A stretch of DNA of 60,299 bases from the IMG/VR virus record IMGVR_UViG_3300030372_004604, positions 1-60,299 of that record; one strand, 5' to 3'. Below the pieces are notes generated by a model that worked only from the letters and a program-made list of their open reading frames with translations, had not been told where the DNA came from and did not search any database. Positions 40,706 through 49,011 of the stretch are shown here, piece after piece. The first letter of the stretch is position 1. Each line of letters starts with the position of its first letter. This stretch comes from a virus (lineage: Duplodnaviria; Caudoviricetes). The translations under genes were made by a program, and so were the position numbers.

Positions 40706-43081
40706 TCAACCTCTAGTATTTGCATTTTTCTGTTGTGCTATCCTCGCTCGCATTTGAGCAATATCTTCTGTACTGTTAATCCTATCTTGGCCTAACTGGA
40801 ACTGTTGCTGTTGCCTTTGTTGGTCAAGGGCTAATTTTCTTTGATCTATTTGTTGGTCTGCCATCATTTCCTGTTCACGCAACTGCAACTCTTGCTGTTT
40901 TATCTGCACCAATGGGTCTTGTTCTTGTGCAGGTGGTTGTGATTGTTGGAACTGAGCAAATAACTGTGCTTGCATCTGGGCAACCATAGCTTCCTGTTGC
41001 TCTGGCGGTACTTGTTGTCCCTGCATCTGTTGTTGAACAGCAACTTTAGCCTTTAACCCTAAATGCTCGTATATATGTTTTTCTAACAATATCGCAACAG
41101 GCGGTTGTATCTGCGCTACCTTACTATTCATATATGCTAGATGCACCGCAATATGGGCATCGTGGTCCTGTTCTGGAAACGCCTGTAATGTACCCTGTCC
41201 ATTCGCAACATTACTTGTTTCCATGTTTTCCATAGCAGGATCCATGGGACGTTGTTCAGGTTCAGGTTTTAGTATTTGATCTATATTATTCACACCCAAT
41301 GCTTCGTATACACGGTGGTATGCCTCATACAAATTGTGCATATCGGGGGCCGCTACCGCCAATTTTAACTGCTCTTGAGCTAAAACAACCCTTTGTGACA
41401 TACTAAAGATGTTTGGGTCGCTTACTGGTAGTATATCTATCCTACCATCAAAATCTTGGCTCTTTATCTGCCCATCTACTCCTACATCATAAGGGTAAGG
41501 CCGTGGATCTTGGGCAAATAACGCTCCCAACATTTTTAATTCATGTTTTAATGACGCATGTAACCGTTTATGCACCGCAGAAACTATACGGCTCCCTCGC
41601 TCAAGTAACGCAATAGTTGTACCAACTGGCATTTCTTGGTTACCCTGACCAACGCCCATATCCGTCGTACCAATAAAGCGTTGCGCGGCCTCAACAACAA
41701 AACCCATAAGCTGAAACAGGGTAGCACTCGGCTCTTTATACGGTAATGGCATCAAAGATGCCTTTAAATCACCTCCAGGAACATCAACATCTCTAAATTC
41801 TCCAGGATTTAACGGATTTTGCTCATCTGCAATCCGCAAACCACGAGCTTTAAATCCTGCTGGCATATTTGCCAACGTGCCTGAGTCAATTAACTGGCGT
41901 AAATTAGCCGTTGCCGTACGAGACAAGTTGCCAAGCAAATGTATCAACCCAAAACCATAAAAACCAAGTCCTGGAGTAAATTTATACTGCACGAAATGTT
42001 GAATTTTATCTTTATTTGGGTCATCTTGTAGGTAATTACGTCTAATTGACAATACTTCGCCTGTATCTTTACATACAGTTACGATATATGGCAGTTTTAA
42101 ACCAGTACTTTCGTCATTTTCTCCCTTATCTGCATACTCTTCTAAGTCTAAGAAACAATGACATTCAAACAAAGTAAACTGTTCATCATTATAGGTAGGG
42201 CTTATACCCTCTATATCATCATAAGCGGATTGAACCTCATCAGAAGAAGGCGAAGCACTGCTCTCGCTATCCATTTCCATGTAAAAACCAGAAAGTTGTA
42301 GCTTCTTCAACTCATTTTGTGAGATTTTTATAACATGTGTTATCCGTTCTGCCGACTGTAAATCCGTAGCAATGTATGGAACAATCACTTCTTCAGCGGG
42401 AACAAACTTACTTACTGGCCTATCTAGCATTTCATCGCGATAAACCTTTTTAAACGCACTTCCTGCCAAACCTAAGTAATAAAGCATCTGGTCAAACTCA
42501 GGCTCGTACTCTTCCATTTCATACATTATCTGGTAATTCATGTATTCCTGCACACGTTGAGCCTGTTGCTCTGTTTCGGGTGTTGGCATACCAATAATAT
42601 TCGCGCGGACAGGACCTCCACTTGGCAACATCTCCTTATAAGCAGATGCCTGAAACTGTGTAATAGCCTCGTTCAGTAATGGGTGGATAACACCAGTTGC
42701 ACCTTCAAACGGCTCCGTACGAGTTTCGTACCGCATACCTAGTAAATCCAAACCCTTTACATAAGTATCTTCCCAATCACTACGGCTATTTTTATCCTCC
42801 TCTACAGAAGACGTAACATAACTCGCAACCTCAGCAAGCGTAGACTCTTGTAAATTTTCCGCTAAATTATCGTAAAAGTTTTCTGGCTCCTCACCAAAAA
42901 CAACCTCTTCCATACCTGTAGTTATTTCTACACCACCATCATCATCTTCTACAATTTCAACCTCGCCATCAAAAAACATATCCTGTTGAGCTTGTAGATC
43001 TTCCTCTTCAAAACTCATATCCTCTACAGGAGCCTGTATCAACGCCCGATCTACATTATTTACCTTAGGAGACAATGCCAT
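40706..43081 (-). CDS. Portal protein
   Basis: 791 aa directly after TerL; SR.DWE..Y..GL.LLG, GSAFKKVY, GFYGFGL, GTTIALLE. Confidence 0.85.
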   Translation of the reverse strand: MALSPKVNNVDRALIQAPVEDMSFEEEDLQAQQDMFFDGEVEIVEDDDGGVEITTGMEEVVFGEEPENFYDNLAENLQESTLAEVASYVTSSVEEDKNSRSDWEDTYVKGLDLLGMRYETRTEPFEGATGVIHPLLNEAITQFQASAYKEMLPSGGPVRANIIGMPTPETEQQAQRVQEYMNYQIMYEMEEYEPEFDQMLYYLGLAGSAFKKVYRDEMLDRPVSKFVPAEEVIVPYIATDLQSAERITHVIKISQNELKKLQLSGFYMEMDSESSASPSSDEVQSAYDDIEGISPTYNDEQFTLFECHCFLDLEEYADKGENDESTGLKLPYIVTVCKDTGEVLSIRRNYLQDDPNKDKIQHFVQYKFTPGLGFYGFGLIHLLGNLSRTATANLRQLIDSGTLANMPAGFKARGLRIADEQNPLNPGEFRDVDVPGGDLKASLMPLPYKEPSATLFQLMGFVVEAAQRFIGTTDMGVGQGNQEMPVGTTIALLERGSRIVSAVHKRLHASLKHELKMLGALFAQDPRPYPYDVGVDGQIKSQDFDGRIDILPVSDPNIFSMSQRVVLAQEQLKLAVAAPDMHNLYEAYHRVYEALGVNNIDQILKPEPEQRPMDPAMENMETSNVANGQGTLQAFPEQDHDAHIAVHLAYMNSKVAQIQPPVAILLEKHIYEHLGLKAKVAVQQQMQGQQVPPEQQEAMVAQMQAQLFAQFQQSQPPAQEQDPLVQIKQQELQLREQEMMADQQIDQRKLALDQQRQQQQFQLGQDRINSTEDIAQMRARIAQQKNANTRG

Positions 43082-44547
43082 TAATAGTAACTCCTTATCC
43101 TAGGGGCAGACTCTTCATCCTCATAATCTTCCGGATGCTGAATAAAACCACCCTCTCTAAATCTTCGCAACGCCTGTGTCACCGTATCAACATAATCATC
43201 ATGCTCTCCGGCAGGAAACGCCGCACACTCCTCAATAACTTCTTCCGACCAACGTGTATCTGGAGCCCATACTAATCCTGATTCTAGTAAAGGTGCAATA
43301 GAATTCACTCTGGTATGTTTATCATTTCCTCTCGACGGGCTATAATTCTGTACCGGAATGCCCATGTTCCGTAACTCCTGAGTCAACGGCATACCCGAAG
43401 CTTTCGCCTCAATCAACACACACTCAGGGTCCCAATACTTATACTCCTCTAACGCCTTACGACGCAAGTCCGGAAAATCCCACCTGCCTCTCTGCGCATC
43501 AACCAAAAGTATATTCGCAGGAGCACCATCATAAGGATAAAAAACTCCCCACGTTGTTATAGCACTAAAATCCGCAGACTCCTTCTTACTATACGCTGTA
43601 TCATAAGACTGCATCACATAATCCAAATTAGGCAAATCTTCTTTTTTCCACTCCTGCCACCACTCACGTTTAAGTATCGCAGCTCCCTCACTCGTCGGGT
43701 TCTGCTGCCACTGCGCTTCCCACTTACCTACAGACAAACTTCCCTTAACAGCTAATAAATCTTCCTGCTTCCAATACTCAGGCCACAACGGTTTATTCGT
43801 CTCCGGCATCAAAGCAGGGAACTCCACCACCTCCCACTTATCAGCCAACACATCCCGCGCTTGCTGGCGCAACAACTTACCCGTCAAATCGTTTTCTGCC
43901 CAACGAGTCATTATAATTACTATACTCCCTCCGGGCTGTAACCTTTGACGAGGCCCAGAAGTATACCACTCATACGCATGCTCCAACGCTGTAGGGGACA
44001 AAGCATCTTGTTCGGAATGCGGGTCATCAATAATCAACAAATCCGCACCACGGCCCGTCACCGCTCCACCAACGCCAGCCGCAAAATATTCACCACCCTT
44101 AGACGTTTCCCATCTTCCAGCAGCTTGGCTATCCGCTCGCAACTCCACATCAAATATTCCACGGTACTCCTGAGAATTCATCAAGTTCCTAGTCTTACGT
44201 CCAAACCTAAACGCCAACTCCGCAGTATGCGTAGTCTGCATTATCTTCAACGTAGGCCGCTTACCCATCAACCACGAAGGCAACAAGTAACTTCCAAACT
44301 CACTCTTCGTATGTCGGGGGGGCATATTCACAATTAAACGCTTTAAATCACCACTAGCCAAACGATTAAACTTCTCAGCCATTATTCCATGGTGGCGACC
44401 ATTCACAAACTCAGGCCAAACCATTCTACAATACGTCATAAAATCATTCTGCGCAGCTTCAGCCTTACCCAAATAACTCGCACGATCCAATAACGTAGCA
44501 AACTTCTTCAAATGTTCCTCAGGAACATACTCTAAACCACTATCCAT
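43081..44547 (-). CDS. terL: Terminase large subunit
   Basis: MPPRHTKS Walker A, IIDDPH Walker B, MTRW, YDTA, IEAKASG, HDDYVD. Confidence 0.92.
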   Translation of the reverse strand: MDSGLEYVPEEHLKKFATLLDRASYLGKAEAAQNDFMTYCRMVWPEFVNGRHHGIMAEKFNRLASGDLKRLIVNMPPRHTKSEFGSYLLPSWLMGKRPTLKIMQTTHTAELAFRFGRKTRNLMNSQEYRGIFDVELRADSQAAGRWETSKGGEYFAAGVGGAVTGRGADLLIIDDPHSEQDALSPTALEHAYEWYTSGPRQRLQPGGSIVIIMTRWAENDLTGKLLRQQARDVLADKWEVVEFPALMPETNKPLWPEYWKQEDLLAVKGSLSVGKWEAQWQQNPTSEGAAILKREWWQEWKKEDLPNLDYVMQSYDTAYSKKESADFSAITTWGVFYPYDGAPANILLVDAQRGRWDFPDLRRKALEEYKYWDPECVLIEAKASGMPLTQELRNMGIPVQNYSPSRGNDKHTRVNSIAPLLESGLVWAPDTRWSEEVIEECAAFPAGEHDDYVDTVTQALRRFREGGFIQHPEDYEDEESAPRIRSYY

Positions 44548-44786
44548 AATTTCTTATATATCGATAATTTTTCAAACACAATGAACCTATAATCAATAAC
44601 AACCATAAAGGGGGGTAGGTCAACTGTTTAAGGATCCTCATAGTTGACTTTTTGTGAAATGTTTTTGGAACATATTGAAATGTTCAGAACAGGGTAAAGG
44701 GTGCTACTAATACCACCCTTTGTGCTCAGGGGGGGCCGGCAAAAACCGTGCCAGTTTTGCCGCACCAAAAATACGGGGTACCTTAT

Positions 44787-44815
44787 AAAAAAGGGGCCGG
44801 TAAAAAACCGGCCCC
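44787..44815 (-). terminator. Intrinsic terminator of the island gene
   Basis: GGGGCCGG-TTTTTTA-CCGGCCCC followed by TTTTTT. Confidence 0.8.
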
Positions 44816-44825
44816 AGTTAAAAAC

Positions 44826-45386
44826 CTACTTGGTTTTTGCGGTTGGCCCAACAACTTTAAGGGTAACAAAACTATTACCCCAAGTTGGGCTTTTAGGTGT
44901 AAACCCACCATTAAGCAAAGCCAATAAAACTACTGGGTTTTTATAACTTTGCCCGCCCGTTGGTATACCAAACTTGTTGGTATTGGCCCAAGCACTTGGC
45001 TTGTTGCCACAACTAACACTAGCATTAAGCCAGTTGTGCAAGTTAGTGGGCGCGTTAAGCGCGTGGTATAACATGGTAGCGCGTGGCCCATATACGCTTT
45101 TTAAACCCGTTGGGGTTTGGGCTGGCGTTGCGCCTACCATGTAACCGCCCATTTTTTTACAGGCTGGCCCACCACGCAAACCAAAGTTAATACTGTTATA
45201 CCCAATACCTTTATTTGGTATTATTTGCACATTGCTAGGTTTAGCCATTGCATTAGCCGTTAGCCAATTTTGGTAACTAATAAAGCATGGGCCGTTTTGG
45301 TAAATTAACGCCTTGCCCAAAGTTGCGCCAATGTTTAGTGCCGGTGCAGTGGTAAGCAACTGCGGTGCTGTTTTACTTAATGCCAT
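44826..45386 (-). CDS. 186-aa basic protein with no Asp or Glu; paralogue of 51936-52388
   Basis: TAAAGGGT RBS before ATG 45386; shares K.P.VLLALLNGG(F/Y).P.S..WG..(F/Y)V.L.V with its paralogue. Confidence 0.8.
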   Translation of the reverse strand: MALSKTAPQLLTTAPALNIGATLGKALIYQNGPCFISYQNWLTANAMAKPSNVQIIPNKGIGYNSINFGLRGGPACKKMGGYMVGATPAQTPTGLKSVYGPRATMLYHALNAPTNLHNWLNASVSCGNKPSAWANTNKFGIPTGGQSYKNPVVLLALLNGGFTPKSPTWGNSFVTLKVVGPTAKTK

Positions 45387-45453
45387 TTTGTATAACCCTT
45401 TAAAATGGTGGGGCCTTGGCCCCGTTGCGCTAGCCAATTGCTAACGTAACAAC

Positions 45454-45482
45454 ACGTTAGCACGTTGCTATATTAGTGTAAA
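45454..45482 (-). promoter_or_regulatory. Sigma70-type promoter of the island gene
   Basis: TTTACA-17 nt-TAACGT with TG extended -10; overlapped by the inverted repeat TGCTAACGT/ACGTTAGCA (45439-45462). Confidence 0.6.
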
Positions 45483-45820
45483 CCCCTATAGGCTATTTTT
45501 ATTTATGGGCATGTATGGCAGCATTTTAGTTGCCTAGGCAACTATTTTGGCCGTGACGCGACGCGACTTATGCACCCACAGAGGAGAACGCATGATCAAT
45601 CATTATCATATGTCCTCTCTCTTCGTAATCTCAATCTTGTACGTCTGTCCTCTCTCTTCGTAATCCTAATATGGGTCGCTGTACCACGCCAGTAGACACA
45701 CAACTACAAGACAAATAACAAATACCATTGGTCTATACCTTTGCTAGTTAACAATGGTTATTGTATACCCTAAACAAATAATCAAGGGTTGTCTTATGTT
45801 GTACTATTTGCTCTCATCAA

Positions 45821-45910
45821 TAACGATCAATAACGATCAATAACGATCAATAACGATCGCTAATGATCAATGCCGATCATCCATGATCAGTGCTGATCTA
45901 GATCAAGATC
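45821..45910. repeat. 10-bp-periodic GATC array
   Basis: GATC at 45825, 45835, 45845, 45855, 45865, 45875, 45885, 45895, then 45901 and 45907; first units are exact TAACGATCAA. Confidence 0.9.
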
Positions 45911-45983
45911 AATCATCATCTGTCATCGTCTCTCGGTCGTAATCTATAGTCCTCTCTCTATCGTAATCAATCATCGTCAATCA

Positions 45984-46451
45984 TCATCTCTCGGTCGTAA
46001 TCTCTCCGTCGTAATCATCCTTGTCATGACGATCCGAGGATGATAGAATATGATCAATCACTCCATGCCAGTCAAACGGTGACTCGCAACTCCAGTCCGG
46101 TATCAATGGTTCATGGACCTTGGCCTCTCCCATCTTAATCGCACGACCACCCCCAAATATATTCAGGGTAGAAGACGAAGGATGATGAACCAAGTTGTAG
46201 ACTTTGCCTTTATTCATGAAATATCTGGTTTGCCACGCAATTTGGTGAGGGCGTAGCGCGATATTTTTTAATGACTTTAACCTGTGGACTTTCAATTCTA
46301 GCCAAAAAGCCTGACCATTCAGTATGCCATGCAAGTCAGGGATTCCTGGAGTTGCCCAAGACTCTAAGCGTGTCCAAAACACGCCTAGGTCCTGAGTTCC
46401 TTCTCTTAGTTTATACCAAAGTTTACTTTCAGGTTTACTTGTCAAGCCCAC
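45984..46451 (-). CDS. PD-(D/E)XK nuclease, VRR-NUC/resolvase-like
   Basis: PE..LW, RLES...GIPDL, WLELKV, RPHQIAW. Confidence 0.75.
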   Translation of the reverse strand: MGLTSKPESKLWYKLREGTQDLGVFWTRLESWATPGIPDLHGILNGQAFWLELKVHRLKSLKNIALRPHQIAWQTRYFMNKGKVYNLVHHPSSSTLNIFGGGRAIKMGEAKVHEPLIPDWSCESPFDWHGVIDHILSSSDRHDKDDYDGEITTER

Positions 46452-46933
46452 CTCAACCCAAGCTCGGGCATGTATTGGTTAAAGCTGTCGCGGTCATACT
46501 CACTTATGCCACAAACCCTGTGGTATGTTTCGTCAATAGTAATAACGTACAGGTAATCAATGTCACCATGTATGCCATTGGTTATCTCATACTTGCCTGT
46601 CAACTGCATAGGCTCGTAATGTGTTTGCTTGTGCCTCGGGTTCAGTATTTTACGCACCCCGTCCCATGCTTCATGCTTAACTAACAGGTCAGCATAGAAC
46701 TCTAATAAACGGCTTGGCTCGGCAAACAACTTTTTTATACCCTCATTAGTGTGTGGGGCTAACTGTTCATCGCCCTGTTTTACAAACTCTTTGTAGTTGT
46801 CTGCATACCAACGTATAGCCTCAGCATATTTTTTTAACTCAGGTCTCACACTACTGGGGTAACCATCGTAATGTCTGTAAATGTACTTAACTTGGTCACC
46901 GCACTCTAAAACTATATTACATCTTGTACCCAT
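46442..46933 (-). CDS. Conserved hypothetical phage protein
   Basis: MGTR.NI...IYRHYDGYP; GAGAAAGGGT RBS. Confidence 0.7.
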   Translation of the reverse strand: MGTRCNIVLECGDQVKYIYRHYDGYPSSVRPELKKYAEAIRWYADNYKEFVKQGDEQLAPHTNEGIKKLFAEPSRLLEFYADLLVKHEAWDGVRKILNPRHKQTHYEPMQLTGKYEITNGIHGDIDYLYVITIDETYHRVCGISEYDRDSFNQYMPELGLRWA

Positions 46934-47013
46934 TTGTCTAACCCTTTCTCGGTTATTTATTAACTATAATTAGTATAGCAACAGCGTTTACACTGAGTAA
47001 CCCTTTTTATGTC

Positions 47014-47556
47014 TTATTTTGTCTTGTCATCCGCTTGGTTTTCTATAAGCACATTGCCGTCAGCAACAGCGGCAAGTGCAGGGAACTCCTTTTGGAGTTT
47101 CTGTATTTCTTTCATCACTTGCTCCCTGTCCATTTGGTCTATTTTTCCATGTAGTATTTCTTTACGATCAATGTAGAGACCTGCAGCTTGCCCTCGTGAT
47201 TTTTCGGCGGCGACAGCTGCGGCGAAGTTACCGCCTGTCATAGCTTCGTCTCTGATTTCAGCTAACTTTTTTACATGACTTTCAAAGCTGACCTCATACT
47301 TTTTGGCTAACTCGCCTTTTAGTTCACCTATTCTCGCAACTACATGTGGGTAGCGTTGACCATTTAATAATTGCGATGCAATGGCGTGTGCGGATTTTAC
47401 TGAGTACCCTGCCCTAACTGCGGCCTCTGTTTGGCTTATGTCCTCACATACATACAATCTTGCAAACTCTTCTTGCTTGGGTGTTATGTTCTTTTCTGTT
47501 CGTGGGTTGGCTACAATTTCAAGCGTTGGCTTGTGAGTAGCTTTTGCTAAAACCAT
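47014..47556 (-). CDS. terS: Terminase small subunit
   Basis: TPKQEEFA..Y...SQTEAA.RAGYS..SA...ASQLL HTH signature. Confidence 0.8.
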   Translation of the reverse strand: MVLAKATHKPTLEIVANPRTEKNITPKQEEFARLYVCEDISQTEAAVRAGYSVKSAHAIASQLLNGQRYPHVVARIGELKGELAKKYEVSFESHVKKLAEIRDEAMTGGNFAAAVAAEKSRGQAAGLYIDRKEILHGKIDQMDREQVMKEIQKLQKEFPALAAVADGNVLIENQADDKTK

Positions 47557-47580
47557 TGTGCTTATCCTCGTTGCGTTGCT

Positions 47581-47806
47581 ACTTTGCTATAATAGGAGTA
47601 ATTACGAAAAGTTACTAGTTCAAAAAAATTTTAAATTCGTCGCGCGTACCGAGAAAGTTACTGACTTATTGAACCATTGATCGTGTACGATATCTCAATA
47701 CCTCTGCTAAGTCGTTGTTTATATGTGTATAGTCATATATTGTATATTATGAAATCTTAAAAAACCATTTCATCATAATTCGTATTTACCCCTATTATAC
47801 AAAGTT
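47581..47806. other. Origin-like intergenic element, copy B
   Basis: ACTTTGCTATAATAGG ... CGTCGCGCGTACCGAGAAAGTT ... CCCCTATTATACAAAGTT. Confidence 0.55.
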
Positions 47807-47935
47807 GCGTTTGTTGATAGTTTTTATGGACTATTTTAAGGCCCTTGTGATGGGTTTAAATTAATTTGGTATAGTAGCATACCCTTATTAAGTACGAGTG
47901 TCGTATGGGTGCTTTTTTTGGTGATTGTTGGTGGT

Positions 47936-47963
47936 AAAAAAATGAGGGGCAATATGCCCCCCA
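47936..47963 (-). terminator. Intrinsic terminator ending the cassette array
   Basis: GGGGCA..GCCCC hairpin followed by a T7 run on the minus strand. Confidence 0.55.
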
Positions 47964-47973
47964 CTTTCAAGGG

Positions 47974-48357
47974 TTAACTGGGTATATGGTCAAGTTTAAT
48001 ATGGTCAGCTAAATGCTGTTTAATTTGAGCGCAAACTGTTTTGCACTGGTGGTCGGTGGTTATGGTGTGTACTTGGCTAATATAGTCCATGCTTGCTGTG
48101 TCCATGTACAACTGTGGGTCATCATAAATGTGGTATACCATCACGGTAACTAGGCCACGCACACTCGTAATAATTAGGCGTGTGGTACTGTCAACTTGGT
48201 GTATGTATGCCTCATTGTTATTGTTGCCTGTCGGTGTTATTTGGCTATAGCCTGTTGCGTCGCTGTTTGGGCCACCTAGTAAATGGTCGTGGTGTGCGTC
48301 AAGGTGCGCTAACTTTAACTCGGCAAGTACTTTATCAAACATTGTTGCTTGTGTCAT
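47974..48357 (-). CDS. Hypothetical early protein (paralogue of 48446-48814)
   Basis: GAGAAAGGGT RBS; shared TRL..TS ... DY...V..IT...QC...V..IK. Confidence 0.7.
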   Translation of the reverse strand: MTQATMFDKVLAELKLAHLDAHHDHLLGGPNSDATGYSQITPTGNNNNEAYIHQVDSTTRLIITSVRGLVTVMVYHIYDDPQLYMDTASMDYISQVHTITTDHQCKTVCAQIKQHLADHIKLDHIPS

Positions 48358-48361
48358 TTGT

Positions 48362-48446
48362 AAACCCTTTCTCGGTTTAATTGGTACTATATAAATGGTA
48401 GCCCAAGCCGTAATCAAGGGCTACCATTATTACCTCTTTTGTGCTC
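48362..48446 (-). promoter_or_regulatory. Cassette element (ACAAAAGA box, TAGCCC..GGGCTA stem, TAnnnT, CCGAGAAAGGGT)
   Basis: One of at least 7 similar intergenic copies. Confidence 0.7.
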
Positions 48447-48814
48447 TAGTTTACGGCACTTAGAGTTTCTGGCATACGTCCAAGTTTTGCAAACGTAGGG
48501 TTAGACAACATACTTTTAATGAGAACTACGGTGGCGTCACATTGGTCTGCATTAGTAATTACATACACATGCGTCACATAGTCACCATCACCGTCCATTG
48601 TATTGTAAAACGTCACAATTACGTTTTGGCTTTGATCTTGTTTATTAGTAATTGAGGTGACGAACAACCGTGTATTGTCATTTACAGTGTATGAAAAAGC
48701 ATTTTTTTCAATACTGTCATTTGGTACAGGTAGCCATGTTTGATCATAAAAGTCATTTTCACTAGGGTCAGCTAACCCTGTGTCTTTTAAAAATTTTTCA
48801 AACAAAGTATTCAT
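48446..48814 (-). CDS. Hypothetical early protein
   Basis: AAGAAAGGAAG RBS; paralogue of the adjacent gene. Confidence 0.7.
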   Translation of the reverse strand: MNTLFEKFLKDTGLADPSENDFYDQTWLPVPNDSIEKNAFSYTVNDNTRLFVTSITNKQDQSQNVIVTFYNTMDGDGDYVTHVYVITNADQCDATVVLIKSMLSNPTFAKLGRMPETLSAVN

Positions 48815-48819
48815 GGTAC

Positions 48820-48904
48820 TTCCTTTCTTGTTTAATTTTTACTACTATAAGCAGTATAGCCCCCAACATTGTCAGGGGCTACTACTGTTATTTCTTTTGT
48901 TTTC
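48820..48904 (-). promoter_or_regulatory. Cassette element
   Basis: ACAAAAGA ... TAGCCCCTGACAATGTTGGGGGCTATACT. Confidence 0.7.
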
Positions 48905-48912
48905 GCGTAGGT

Positions 48913-49004
48913 TGGCAGGGGTGGTAGGATTTGAACCTACTGGCTAGTGTCAACTAGCCTTGGTTTTGGAGACCAATGTGCCACGCCGTCTGCACCGCAC
49001 CCCC
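48913..49004 (-). tRNA. tRNA-Trp(CCA) with an atypical long variable arm
   Basis: Acceptor AGGGGTG/CACCCCT, G73, encoded CCA; D stem GTGC/GCAC; anticodon stem TTGGT/ACCAA with loop CTCCAAA; T arm GTAGG-TTCAAAT-CCTAC. Confidence 0.85.
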
Positions 49005-49011
49005 TCGTTGC

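Larger units (their letters stand above)
44728..45555. other. GA/TC-dinucleotide-free island
   Basis: Line-by-line manual scan finds no GA or TC between tc at 44726-27 and ga at 45555-56. Confidence 0.9.

Noticed and set aside
44826-45386. Protein-level selection against acidic residues as the sole cause of the island
   Set aside because: GA/TC is also absent from flanking non-coding DNA, codon junctions and synonymous positions.
45821-45910. CRISPR array
   Set aside because: 10-bp units with no unique spacers and no cas genes.
48913-49004. Stop-codon reassignment or suppressor tRNA
   Set aside because: The anticodon is CCA, and genes read intact in the standard code with TAA, TAG and TGA all used as stops.
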